Shown here one piece after another: positions 16,240 to 32,775 of a stretch of 64,000 nt of DNA. The position numbers and the translations under genes are program-made. Where the stretch lies: positions 1,664,001 through 1,728,000 of the forward strand of contig CP086569.2 of NCBI GenBank assembly GCA_009914755.4. The letters run 5' to 3'. How positions within the stretch are numbered: the first letter of the stretch is position 1; each line of letters begins with the position of its first letter. The notes under the pieces were generated by a model. The model worked only from the letters and a program-made list of their open reading frames with translations, had not been told where the DNA came from and did not search any database. This stretch comes from the human T2T-CHM13v2.0 reference genome, Homo sapiens.

Positions 16240-16790
16240 TCTCACAGACTAGGTGGCTTAACCAACAGACATTGATTCTCCCACAGTCCTGGAGGCTGCA
16301 AGTCTGAGATCCAGGTGTGGGCAGGGCTGGTTCCTCCTGAGGCCTCTCTCCTTGGCTTGGAGACACTGTCTTCTCCCTGCAGCCTCACAGGGTCATCCCT
16401 CTGTGTGTGTCTGTGTCCTCACCTCCTCTTCTTATGAGATGCCTTAGTCCATTTCAGGCTGCTAACACAGAATACCATAGACTGGGTGACTTATAAACAA
16501 CAGACATTGATTCTCCCACAGTCCTGGAGGCTGGAAGTCTGAGATCCAGGTATGGGCAGGGCTGGTTCCTCCTGAGGCCTCTCTCCTGGGCTTGTAGACG
16601 CCGTCTTCTCCCTGTGCCCTCACAGGGTCATCCCTCTGTGTGTGTCTGTGTCCTCACCTCTTCTTCTTATGAGATGCCTTAGTCCATTTCAGGCTGCTAA
16701 CACAGAATACCATAGACTGGGTGACTTATGAGCAACAGACATTGATTCTCCCACAGTCAAGACAGGGGAAGACCATGGAGAGGAGGGTCA
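16240..16790 (+). mobile_element. Interspersed repeat (same family as 50480-51370 and 54250-55700; probably LTR/MaLR-related, name uncertain), internally duplicated ~2.2x with a ~240-bp period
   Basis: The block ...gggtgacttataaacaacagacattgattctcccacagtcctggaggctg.aagtctgagatccaggt.tgggcagggctggttcctcctgaggcctctctcc...cacagggtcatccctctgtgtgtgtctgtgtcctcacct...tcttatgagatgccttagtccatttcaggctgctaacacagaataccatagactgggtgactta occurs twice, at 16250-16490 and 16490-16730. Confidence 0.7.
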
Positions 16791-17554
16791 TGTATCTGTA
16801 ACTCTTGAACATTTTATTCCAGGATCAAGTAAACGTGCCAATATTTGGGTTAGCTTTCTGCTTTTTCTCCGGCAAAACACGACAATTTACACTGCATTGA
16901 ATTTAAGGATGGTTGCTTTCTCCTTGACATGCCAACAGAACAAACAGGGTCTCCGATTCTGAAATGACTCCAGATTTGGGAGACAAAGTTGTGTCAGCCA
17001 ATTTCTACAGATGCTGTCTGTAGACTCTGCTTGTGCCTGCATTTGGCTTTACAGATTCAGGCTGTGTTTCTGGAGCCGCCTCGCACGTTCTCCTCTATTG
17101 AGATTATAAAATTATCAAAAGCTTGAAGGTAAATGCTCTCTGTTGACTCAACACGATTACAACTTTGTGTGTGTGTGTTTGCTGCAGTGCAGCGCACAAG
17201 TTTTATAGGACAACCTGAGCCTTCATTTCTTCAGTTTGACATTCTGAGTTTAAGACAAAGGGAATGATCACCCCGCCGTGTTCTTGGTAAAGGAAGAGTG
17301 TTAGAGCATCATGGCAGTATTCTTCCAGCCTCCAGGAAGAGAAGCTTTTAAAATGACAATTTCTGATTTGACATTTTCACTTGTAACACCCTAGAGGTAT
17401 AGGCAGGTCTTGCATCTGCAAAAGGTTATTGCTGTGGAGAATTGGGAGCTGTGGTAAATGAAGTGTGACCGCCTTGCCCACAGTAAGGCAGGGAAGACAA
17501 GAGAATGTAAAAAATGTGAATACCTTGAGGAAGACAGTGTGCTAATTCCTCAAG

Positions 17555-18122
17555 GATCTAGAACCAGAAGTACCTTTTGACCCAGCAATCCCATTACTGG
17601 GTATATACCCAAAGGATTATAAGTCATTCTACTATAAAGACTCATGCACACTTATGTTTATTGTGGCACTGTTCACAATAGCAAAAACTTGGAACCAACC
17701 CAAATGCTCATCAGTGATAGTCTGGATAAAGAAAATGTAGCACATATACACCATGGAATACTCTGCAGCCATCAAAAGGAACAAAATCATGTCCTTTGCA
17801 GGGACAGGGATGAAGCTGGAAACCATCATCCTCAGCAAACTAACACAAGAACAGAAAACCAAACACTGCATGTTCTCACTCATAAGTGGGAGTTGAACAA
17901 TGAGAACACATGGACACAGGGAGGGGAACATCACACACCAGAACCTGTCAGGGGAGGGGGGCTAGGGGAGGGATAGCATTAGGGGAAATACCTTATGTAT
18001 ATAATGGGTTGATGGGTGCAGCAAACCACCATGGCACATGTATACCTATGTAACAAAACTGCCCACGCTGCACATGTACCCCAGAACTTAAAGTATAATT
18101 TAAAAAAAAAAAGAAAAAAAAT
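17555..18122 (+). mobile_element. LINE-1 3' end (ORF2 C-terminus + 3' UTR + poly-A), sense
   Basis: ccagcaatcccattactgggtatatacccaaaggattataagtcattctactataaagac...caaatgctcatcagtgatagtctggataaagaaaatgtagcacatatacaccatggaatactctgcagccatcaaaagg...gggagggatagcattaggggaaataccttatgtatataatgggttgatgggtgcagcaaaccaccatggcacatgtatacctatgtaacaaaactgcccacgctgcacatgtaccccagaacttaaagtataatttaaaaaaaaa. The ORF-track protein 17644..17976 (+) carries L1 ORF2p C-terminal motifs. Confidence 0.92.
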
Positions 18123-18707
18123 GTGCAATACTCACCAGATGATGTTCCAAGTTGTTTAGCTGCAATAGTGACTGGCTTAATGCATTAGTTTGCCCCCCTT
18201 TTTCCTTATTATTTTGTTATCCCAAAAAACCTTTCCTACAGGGGCTAAGAATATATGGGAAATTCCAATATACCATTTCTGGGGAAACCCAAGCAAATAA
18301 CAGACAGGGGTTATGGCCACACCGTGCTTTCTGGATATTTGTACTATTACGAGTGGAAATGTGTCCTATGCCAAATTCATAGATTGACGTCCTAAATCTC
18401 AGTTCCTCAGACTGTGATCTTGTTTGGAAGTACATCATTGCAGATGTAATTAATTAGTTCTGTTAGGATGAGGTCAGGCTGGAGTCAAATGGGCCCCTAA
18501 TCTAATATAAATGTTGTCTTCATCCATTTGAGCATCTATCACGAGATGTCATAAATTGGGTTGGTTTGAAATAACGGGAGTTTATCACTCACAGCTCTGT
18601 TGGCTAGAATTTCAAGATCAAAGGGTGGAAGATTCAGTGTGTGGGAACGGCTTCCTGGTTCACAGACGGTGCCTTCTCACTATGCCCTTACATGGTACCG
18701 CCTCCGC

Positions 18708-21700
18708 CAACAGGGAACAGATTTCAGCATGAGACCCAAACACCTCCACCCAGTCCCACCTCCATCACTGGGAACCAGATTTCAGCATGAGACCCAAACC
18801 CCTCACCCAGCCCCACCTCCATCACTGGGAACAAGATTTCAGCATGAGACCAAACACCCTCACACAGACTCACCTCCAACAATGGGGACCAGATTTCAGC
18901 ACGAGACCAAACACCCTCACCGAGCCCCACCTCCAACACTAGGGACCAGATTTCAACATGAGAAACAAACACCTCCATCCAGCCTCACCACTAATACGGG
19001 GGACCAGATTTCAGCATGAGACCCAAACACCCTCACCCAGCCCCACCTCCCACACTGGGAACAAGATTCCAGCATGAGACCAAACACCCTCACACAGACT
19101 CACCTCCAACAATGGGGACCAGATTTCAGCAATAGACCCAAACACCCTCACCCAGCCCCACCTCCAAACTGGGGACCAGATTTCAGCATGAGACCCAAAC
19201 ACACTCACGCAGCCCCAACTCCAACACTGGGGACCAGATTTCAGCATGAGACACACACACCTCCACCCGGCCTCACCCCCAACACTGGAGACCAGATTTC
19301 AGCATGAGACCCAAACACCCTCATCCAGACCCACCTCCAACAATGGGGACCAGATTACAGCATGAGACCCAAACACTTCCACCCAGCCCCACCGCCAACA
19401 CTGGGGACCAGATTTCAGCAGGAGACCCAAACACCCTCATCCAGACCCAACTCCAACATTGGTGACCAGATTTCAGCATCAGAACCAAACACCCTCACCC
19501 AGCCCCACCCCTAACACTGGGGACAAGATTTCAGCATGAGACCCAAACAACTCTATCCAGCCTCACCACCAACACTGGGGACCAGATTTCAGCATGACGC
19601 CTAAACACCCTCACACAGACCCACCTCCAACACTGGAGACAGATTTCAGCATGACATGCAAACATCTCGACCCAGCCCCACCTCCAACACTGGGAACCAG
19701 ATTTCAGAATGAGACCCAAACACTTCCACCCAGCCCCACCTCCAACATTGGGGAGCAGATTTCAGAATGAGACCCAAACACCTCCACCTGGCCTCACCTC
19801 CAACTTCAGGGACCAGATTTCAGCATAAGACACAAACACCTCCACCCAGACCCACATCAAACACTGGGAACAAGATATCAGCATGAGACCCAAACACGTC
19901 CACCCAGCCCCACCTCCAACAATGGGGACCAGATTTAAGCATGAGGCGAAAACACCCTCACCCAGACCCACCTCCAACACTGGGGACCAGATTTCCGCAT
20001 GGCACCCAAACACGCTCATCCAGACCCACCTCCAACATCGGTGAAAAGATTTCAGCATGAGACCCAAACACGCTCACCCAGCCCCACCCCTAACACTGGG
20101 AACAAGATATCAGCATGAGACCCAAACACCCTCACCCAGCCCCACCTCCAACAATGGGGACCAGATTTCAGCATGAGACCCAAACACCTCCACCTGGCCT
20201 CATCCCCAACACTGGGGACCAGATTTCAACATGAGACGCAAACACCTCCACCTGGCCTCACCTCCAACTTCAGGGACCAGATTACAGCATGAGACCCAAA
20301 CACCTCCACCCAGACCTACCTACAACACTGGGAAACAGATTTCTGCCTGAGACCCAGACACCTCCATCCAGCTTCACCACCAGCACTGGGGACCAGATTT
20401 CAGCATGAGACCCAAACACCCTCAGCCAGCCCCACCTCCAACACTGCGGACGAGATTTCAGCATGAGACCCAAACATCCTCACCCAGCCCCACCCCTAAC
20501 ACTTGGGACCAGATTTCAGCATGAGACCCAAACACCCTCACCCAGCACCCCCTCCAACACTGGGGATGAGATTTCAGCATGAGACCCAAACACCCTCACA
20601 GAGCCCCACCCCTAACGCTGGGGACCAGTTTTCAGCATGAGACCCAAACACCTCCATCCAGCCTCACCACCAACACTGGGGACCAGATTTCAGCATGAGG
20701 CCCAAATACCCTCACCCAGACCCACCTCCAACACTGGGGACGAGATTTCAGCATGAGGCCCAAACACCCTCACGCAGACCCACCTCCAAAACTGGGGACC
20801 AGATTTCAGCATGAGACCCAAACACCTCCACCCAGCCTCAACACCAATACTGGAGACCAGATTTCAACATGAGACCCAAACACCTCCACCCGGCCTCAAC
20901 ACCAATACTGGAGACCAGATTTCAACATGAGACCCAAACACCTCCACCCAGCCTCACATCCAATACTGGAGACCAGATTTCAGCATGAAGCCCAAACACC
21001 CTCACCCAGCCCCATCTCCAATAATGGGTACCGGATTTCATCATGAGACCCAAACGCTTCAACCCAGCCCCAACTGCAACACTGGGGAACAGATTTCAGC
21101 ATGAGACACAAACACCCTCCCCAAGACCCACCTCAAACACTGGGGACCAGATTTCAGCATGAGACCCAAACACCTTCACCCAGCACCACCCCTAACACTG
21201 GGGACCAGATTTCAGCATGAGACCCAAACACCTTCACCCAGCACCACCCCTAACACTGGGGGCCAGATTTCAGCATGAGACCCAAACACCCTCACCCAGC
21301 CCCACCTCCAACACTGGGGACAAGATTTCAGCATGAGACCCAAACACCCTCACCCAGCCCCACCCCTAACACTTGGGGACCAGATTTCAGCATGAGACCC
21401 AAACACCTCCATCCAGCCTCACCTCACCTGGGACCAGATTTCAGCATGAGACCCGAACACCTCCATCCAGCTTCACCACCAACACTGGGGACCAGATTTC
21501 AGCATGAGGCCCAAATACCCTCACCCAGACCCACCTCCAACACTGGGGACCGGATTTCAGCATGAGACCCAAACACCTCCATCCAGCCTCACCACCAACA
21601 CTGGGGACCAGATTTTAGCATGAGACCCAAACACCCTCACCCAGCCCCACCCCTAACACTTGGGACCAGATTTCAGCATGAGACCCGAACACCCTCACCC

Positions 21701-22325
21701 AGCACCCCCTCCAACATTGGTGACCAGATTTCAGCATGAGACCCAAACACCCGCACCCAGCCCCACCCCTAACACTGGGGACCAGAATTCAGCATGAGAC
21801 CCAAACACCTCCATCCAGACTCACCTCCAACTTTGGGGACCAGATTTCATCATGAGATCCAAACACCTCCATCCGACTGGCCTCACCTCCAACAGTTGGG
21901 GCCAGATTTCAGCATGAGACCCAAACACCTCCATCCGGCCGGCCTCACCTCCAACATTGGGGACCAGATTTCAGCGTGAGACCCAGACACCCTCACCCAG
22001 CACCCCCCCAACACTGGGGACCAGATTTCAGCATGAGAGCGAAACACCTCCATCCAGCCTCACCACCAATACTGGGGACCAGATTTCTGCATGAGACTCA
22101 AACACCTCCATGCAGCCGGCTTCACCTCCAACACTGGGGCGAGATTTCAGCATGATACCCAAACACTTCCACCTGGCCTCACCTCCAACACTGGGGCGAG
22201 ATTTCAGCATGATACCCAAACACTTCCACCTGGCCTCACCTGTAACAGTGGAGACCAGATTTCAGCATGATTCCCAAACACCTCCACCTGGCCTCACCTC
22301 CAACATCAGGGATCAGATTTCAGCA
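18708..22325. repeat. Large minisatellite/VNTR (B): about 62 tandem copies of a ~57-bp unit (~3.6 kb)
   Basis: Unit ggggaccagatttcagcatgagacccaaacaccctcacccagccccacctccaacact with variants (cctccatccagcctcaccaccaacact etc.). The ORF-track peptides show a 19-aa periodicity (GTRFQHETKHPH..PPP.L). The array terminates in ...cctcacctccaacatcagggatcagatttcagcatgagatttggagaagacaaacatgc. Confidence 0.95.
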
Positions 22326-22479
22326 TGAGATTTGGAGAAGACAAACATGCCGACTATATCAGCCACCGCGCCTGGCCACAGATATTTAGTCCTTAGCAAC
22401 TGGTGTCCTTATGAAAAGGGGGAAATGGGATGTGAATGGCGAGAAGCTATGGGAACTTTGCAGTGATGCTGCCCCAAGT

Positions 22480-25080
<2,601 letters not shown>

Positions 25081-25084
25081 GGAA

Positions 25085-25720
<636 letters not shown>

Positions 25721-26236
25721 CCAGGGCCAGTGGCTCAAGCCTGTAATCTCAGCACTTTGGGAGGCCAAGGCCGGCGGATCACCTGAGGTCAGGAGTTCGA
25801 GACAAGCCTGGCCAACATGGTGAAACCCTGTCTCTACTAAAAATACAAAAGTTAGCCAGGCATGGTGGCGGGCACCTGTAATCCCAACTACTTGGGAGGC
25901 TGAGGCAGGAGAATCGCTTAAACCTGGGAGGTGGAGGGGCCAGGCGTGGTGCCTCATACCTGTAATCCCAGCACTTTGGGAGGCCAAGGCAGGCGGATTC
26001 ACGAGGTTAGGAGTTTGAGGCCAGTTTGACCAACATGGTGAAGCCCTGTCTCTACTAAAAATACAAAAATTAGCCAGGCGTGGTGGTGCACACCTGTAAT
26101 CCCAGCTACCCTGGAGGCAGGAGGAGGCAGGAGAATTGCTTGAACCTGGAAGGCGGAGGTTGCAGTGAGCTGAGATCATACCACTGCACTGCAGTCTGGG
26201 CGACAAAGTAAGAGTGTGTTTCAAAAAAAAAAAAAA
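25721..26236 (+). mobile_element. Two adjacent Alus (first 3'-truncated at ~25937; second complete, 25938-26236)
   Basis: ggccagggccagtggctcaagcctgtaatctcagcactttgggaggccaaggccggcggatcacctgaggtc... then ggccaggcgtggtgcctcatacctgtaatcccagcactttgggaggccaaggcaggcggattcacgaggttagg...gtgtgtttcaaaaaaaaaaaaaaa. Confidence 0.9.
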
Positions 26237-26526
26237 AGTGAAAAAGCAATGGACTGTGAATGACATTCATATCTTAAATTCCCACACACATCGTGAAACT
26301 GGCTGCTTTCAGCTTTACGGAAAACCCAGGGAGGATGATTTCAATGTTTAGCAAATACTGGATCAATATTGAAAACAGGGTCTACTATTTTTCCACTCAC
26401 ACGAGACAGTGGGTGAGACCCAGCCATTCTCCATAAGTTGGAGGCATCTGCTCTTGTTTAAACTCATATCCAAACATGGAAATATGAACTTACTTGGAAA
26501 AATGATCTTTTGGAATAAAGATTATT

Positions 26527-26819
26527 ATTATTTTTTTTTGAGACAGAGTTTCTCTCTTGTTGCCCAGGCTGGAGTGCAGTGGCATGATCTCAGCTCACTG
26601 CAACCTCCCCTTCCGGGTTCAAGCAATTCTCCTGCCTCAGCGTCCTGAGAAGCTGGCACTACAGGCACCCGCCACCATGCCCAGCTAATTTTGTATTTTT
26701 AGTAGAGACAGGGTTTTGCCATGTTGGCCAGGCTGGTCTTGAACTCCCGACCTCAGATGATCTGCTTGCCTCGGCCTCCTTAAGTGCTAGGATTACAGGC
26801 GTGAGCCACCGCGCCCAGC
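26527..26819 (-). mobile_element. Alu with TSD ggaataaagattatt
   Basis: The flanks ttttggaataaagattattatt (26508) and ttggaataaagattattt (26819) bracket tttttttttgagacagagtttctctcttgttgcccaggctggagtgcagtggcatgatc...gtgagccaccgcgcccagc. Confidence 0.92.
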
Positions 26820-27184
26820 TTGGAATAAAGATTATTTACACGTGTAAACATTCAGAATTTTTATGTAATCTTTACTAATTAGATAAGTGAACTTACTTGG
26901 GTTCCACCACACAGTAGCAGAAAAGTAGCAGAAAAGGCTCGCTTAATTGGCTAGCCCATGGACTTGGGTCCCATTCAGATTTCCAGGTGGGAGTGGGTGT
27001 GTGGTGCCCGCCAGGTCTAGGGTGGGTGGAATAACACAGGACTGCTTTGAAAGGTCTTCAGAGAACCTATTGTTAGTTCATTCATACTTCCCAGCTCATA
27101 ATGATAAATTAATTTGCTTCAATGAGGCTGAAACGACGATATCCATGTTATCTGACGGGGTCACCATATTGAAAGTCATGCACG

Positions 27185-27875
<691 letters not shown>

Positions 27876-28097
27876 AAAAAGTCATACATGGTACTTAGAT
27901 GGAGCTGGAGTAAGGTCACGTAACAGAACCACCTCGTTGTGACCCTTTGCAGTTCAAGTTGGTGAAAGAGCCGGCTCTGGGACTCAAAGAGGTGGCTGGG
28001 AGACAGGGAGTGAGGGATTAGGTGAGCTGATGTCTGGTCATACCCAAGGACTAGGAGGAAGACAGCGGAACGGTGGCAGCTCTCGTCTCCAATATAA

Positions 28098-28404
<307 letters not shown>

Positions 28405-29299
28405 TCCAATATAATTTTCTTACACTTGACCTTTGCCATGGCCTCCATGGATAGAATCCAGGCTGCAACCTGGCCAGGAGGCTCTAAATGCATTCCCAAA
28501 GCCAGGGAAGTCAGAGAAACTCAAGGCAGCACGGGCCATCTTGGCCACGTCGTCCGTTGGAGAAGGTTTTGGGCTGTAACATGTTGGAATAAATTTTAGA
28601 AAGTGCCTTCAAGAATGTTGCTGAGCTGTGTTGAACGCTGATGGAAAGTTATGCATTGTCACGTATGGGGTTCTCCAAAAGTGACAGCTCTCCGAGGAGT
28701 TGGCTTCTGTGTCCTCCAATTTAATTTTAAATTGCCCTCAGGGAGGTGCTGGGAACCTCTTTCCCTGGAGGCTGTGAGCGATGGGAGAGAAGCCATCTGT
28801 CTGCCTCGCTTGGGTGCTAGTAACACAATGCAGCTCATCTTCCAGCTTCCAAAGCAGGATGATATACGCGTCATTCCTCACGATGTACACACCGAAGGCA
28901 AGAAAAAGAAATCCACCAAAAGACCCACTTTTACATCTTCTTATGCTTTCAAACTCAGGCATGAAGTGTCTTCACATACAGAATGGTTGTGATTCTTTTT
29001 TAATTACAACCATTTCTGTGAGAGCCTGCACAGCACAGATAAAGCCACCAGAGAGAAACATTCATGAAAATGAAACGTCGTGTTTGGAAATAATAATGGA
29101 AGAAATCAGTATGTACGTTGCCGGCTCAGGGGAGATTTACCTTGTTAATTCGACATGAAGGCCGTGAGGCAGAAATGCATTCTTAATTTAACTGTACTGT
29201 GTTTACAGATTTATGAAGATTATAGTAGTAAATGCAAATAGGCATTGGCATGAATATGGAAAGGAGGATGTAAAATGTGATTAAAAATTACAAATGGAG

Positions 29300-29411
29300 A
29301 AGAAAAGGAAACAATAATCATGAAGGAAGGAAAGAAAGAAAGAAAAAAGAAAGAAGGAAGGAAGGAAAAGGAAGGAAGGAAGGGAAGGGAAGGAAGGGAA
29401 AGGAAAGGAAG

Positions 29412-29469
<58 letters not shown>

Positions 29470-29735
29470 GGAAGGAAGGAAGGGAAGGGAAAGGAAAGGA
29501 AAGGAAGGGAAGAAAGAAAGAAAGAGAAAGAGAGAAAGAAAGAAAAAGAAAGAAAAGAAGGAAGGAAAGAAAGAAAGAAAAGAAGGAAGGAAAGAAAGAG
29601 AGAAAGAGAGATGGACGGAAGGGAAGGAAAGGGAAGGGAAGGAAAGGGAGAGAGAGAGAAAAAAAAAGAAAGAAAGGAAGGAAGGAAGGGGAAAGGAAAG
29701 GAAAAGAGAAAAAGAAAAGAAAGAAATAGGAGAAA
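29300..29735. repeat. Long polypurine (GAAA)n/(GGAA)n/(GA)n microsatellite composite (~435 bp)
   Basis: gaaagaaagaaagaaagaaagaaag..., ggaaggaaggaagggaaggg. Source of the K/E/R-rich ORFs 29277..29729 and 29320..29748 (+) and of the S/F/L-rich ORFs on the minus strand. Confidence 0.95.
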
Positions 29736-30291
29736 TACAAGGATATAGGATTGGGAAGATCCAACATAGGAGAGAGGCAGACGAAATTCCAAAGATCATC
29801 ATAAAAAACATCTCAGGAAAAGAGATCTGAACAGCAATCCATTCACAATGCAGTAGGAGAGTACAAGACATTAATCAATCCATGAAACTGATTGATTTTC
29901 AGAAACTCTACAAACAGGCACTATTTCTTCTGCGAATCCACTGCCAGGTTGATTAATCCGCTGGTTTCTCACTCTCCCTTCATGTTGGTAACACCCAAAT
30001 CCACGATACCTCCCAATTGAGGAAGCATGGATTGCATCAGCCTGGTTTTTAGCAGAAAATGGCTAGCTTGCTCATTTAGGATTTTTAAAAGCCTGCACAG
30101 ATAAACGGAAAGGGTTAAGAAAATTCCCAGTGGCTGCGGATCCTCCCAGAGCTTACTAACATAGCAGAGAAGTTTCATCACCCCTGAGCTTCCAGGTCAA
30201 AAGACAATGAGGTCAAGATACTGTTAAGGCTCATTCAACAGCAAGGGTCTCTGCAGCAGACAGGCTGCCCAACAAAAGACGTAGTTGATGA

Positions 30292-30730
<439 letters not shown>

Positions 30731-31639
30731 TAGAAAAGCTCCAGAAACCTTGGGTGATGAAATCCAAAGTCATCAGCCTCTTGGAGATGTAAATTTGATC
30801 AAACGGAGGGAAATGTAGTGTGTCTGGTATACGTATCAAGTGCTGAGGGTCGGTCATCTGAAGTCCGCTCTTACCAGGCTAAAAGTTAGGTGTGGGAGAG
30901 TCTATTAGTTCTTCACAATTCTTCTTCCTCTCTAACTGGTCTCTGGCTCATGCCCCACGGGAGAAGCACGCCTCCTGCCCCCACTAACTTTGGACTGCCA
31001 TCTGATTTGTTTTTGCTTATAGAATGTTGGTCAGTGCTGTTGCGGTAAACTGAGGAACGGAGAGACCAATACGGAGTACAGGAGGATTTGTTTATTTTTA
31101 GGTACACACTGGCTCAGCAGAATCGCGTTTAAAAAGCTCAGCATTGAACAAAGACGGAGCGGGGGTTTCATAAGCGGCCTTATAACATAACTCGTGACCT
31201 TGCATAGCTGGTGGCCTTGTAGCTGCATTGAAAGAAAAACAAGAACTGGCTAAATACAGACATTTGTAAAACATAGTCATGCTTAAGAAGCCTGGGAAAA
31301 GAGTAACAGTAAAATAATCTGTCTTTCTCTTTTTTCCTTCAACCTTGCTCTGGAAGGCGGGTGGGGTGTCTGGAGCCCATTCCTTTGGCCTTGGCTACTG
31401 TGACAGTGTTACTTTATAACTATCCTTGAAGTGAGCTGGTAGGCAGAGGAAAACTTGTTCTTTTCTCTCTTTTTTTTTTTTTAACCCTTGCCTTGCCACA
31501 TTCTGGGCCTTAGCTTTGACTTTTCTTGGAGTGAATAAATGCAGGACTTATTATTTTTTAAATTTCTGCCTCAGTGGAGGCACAACAGGGGTTGACACAG
31601 TGTGTTATGTCCGTTCTCATGCTACTAATAAAGACATAT

Positions 31640-31935
31640 CTGAGACTGCGTAATTTATTAAAAAAAAAAAAAAAAGAGGTTTAATGGACTCACAGTTCCA
31701 CGTGGCTGGGGAGACCTTACAATCATGGCTGAAGGTGAAGGAGGAGCAGAGGCATGTCTTACATGGTGGCAAGCAAGAAAGCTTACGCAGGGGAACTCTC
31801 CATGATGTCTCCCAATTAAGGAGACATTGATTGCTTCAGTCTGGTTTTTGGCAGAAGACCACCAGATCTCATGAAACTTATTCACTATCACGAGAACAGC
31901 ATGGGGAAAACCAGCCTGCGTGATTCAATTACCTC
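31640..31935 (-). mobile_element. THE1/MST-like (ERVL-MaLR) LTR body
   Basis: aaagaggtttaatggactcacagttccacgtggctggggagaccttacaatcatggctgaaggtgaaggaggagcagaggcatgtcttacatggtggcaagcaagaaagc...agatctcatgaaacttattcactatcacgagaacagcatggggaaaaccagcc..tgattcaattacctcccaccaggt. This is the reverse complement of the THE1-type LTR as I remember it. Confidence 0.8.
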
Positions 31936-32775
31936 CCACCAGGTTCCTTCCATGGCATGTGGGCATTATGGGAGCTACAGTTCAAGATGAGATTTGGGTG
32001 GGGACACAGCCAAACCCTGTCACATGGTTGGACCTTTCCTCTGCACGTCTGTATTCCAACATTAGAAAAATGTGCCCAGGATAACCACTGGTTCCTCCCA
32101 TGGCATGTGGGCATTATGGGAGCTACAGTTCAAGATGAGATTTGGGTGGGGACACAGCCAAACCCTATCACATGGTTGGACTTTTCCTCTGCACGTCTGT
32201 ATTTGAACATTAGAGAAATGTGCCCAGGATAACCACTGGTTCCACCCATGGCATGTGGGCATTATGGGAGCTACAGTTCAAGATGAGATTTGGGTGGGGA
32301 CACAGCCAAACCCTGTCACATGGTTGGACCTTTCCTCTGCACGTCTGTATTCCAACATTAGAAAAATGTGCCCAGGATAACCACTGGTTCCTCCCATGGC
32401 ATGTGGGCATTATGGGAGCTACAGTTCAAGATGAGATTTGGGTGGGGACACAGCCAAACCCTATCACATGGTTGGACCTTTCCTCTGCACGTCTGTATTT
32501 GAACATTAGAGAAATGTGCCCAGGATAATCACTGGTTCCACCCATGGCATGTGGGCATTATGGGAGCTACAGTTCAAGATGAGATTTGGGTGGGAACACA
32601 GCCAAACCCTATCACATGGTTGGACCTTTCCTCTGCGCGTCTGTATTCCAACATTAGAAAAATGTGCCCAGGATAATCACTGGTTCCTCCCATGGCATGT
32701 GGGCATTATGGGAGCTACAGTTCAAGATGAGATTTGGGTGGGGACACAGCCAAACCCTATGGTCCCAAAATGATG
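31935..32775 (-). repeat. 148-bp tandem repeat x ~5.7 formed from the 5' terminus of the THE1-like LTR plus ~80 bp of adjoining sequence
   Basis: Unit ccatggcatgtgggcattatgggagctacagttcaagatgagatttgggtggggacacagccaaaccct.tcacatggttggacctttcctctgcacgtctgtatt..aacattaga.aaatgtgcccaggataa.cactggttcc.c. The ORF track shows the same 61-102-aa peptides (MPTCHGRNQWLSWAHFSNVGIQTCRGKVQPCDRVWLCPHPNLILNCSSHNAHMPW...) repeated at 31929, 32062, 32210, etc. Confidence 0.9.

Noticed and set aside
18708-22325. VNTR-A/VNTR-B as CRISPR arrays (regular direct repeats)
   Set aside because: There are no unique spacers between repeats. The units are contiguous and degenerate. The context is eukaryotic (Alu/L1-rich), and no cas-like ORFs are present.
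29277-29748. Lys/Glu/Arg-rich ORFs (29277-29748, 48404-48871, 57492-58076) as charged or histone-like proteins, and the Ser/Phe/Leu-rich ORFs opposite them
   Set aside because: Direct translations of (GAAA)n/(GGAA)n polypurine microsatellites and their complements.
31929-32773. Series of near-identical 61-102-aa ORFs (MPTCHGRNQWLSWAHFSNVGIQTCRGKVQPCDRVWLCPHPNLILNCSSHNAHMPW...) as a tandem gene family
   Set aside because: Produced by the 148-bp x 6 tandem repeat at the THE1-like LTR terminus. The period is not a multiple of 3 overall, and the ORFs restart each unit.
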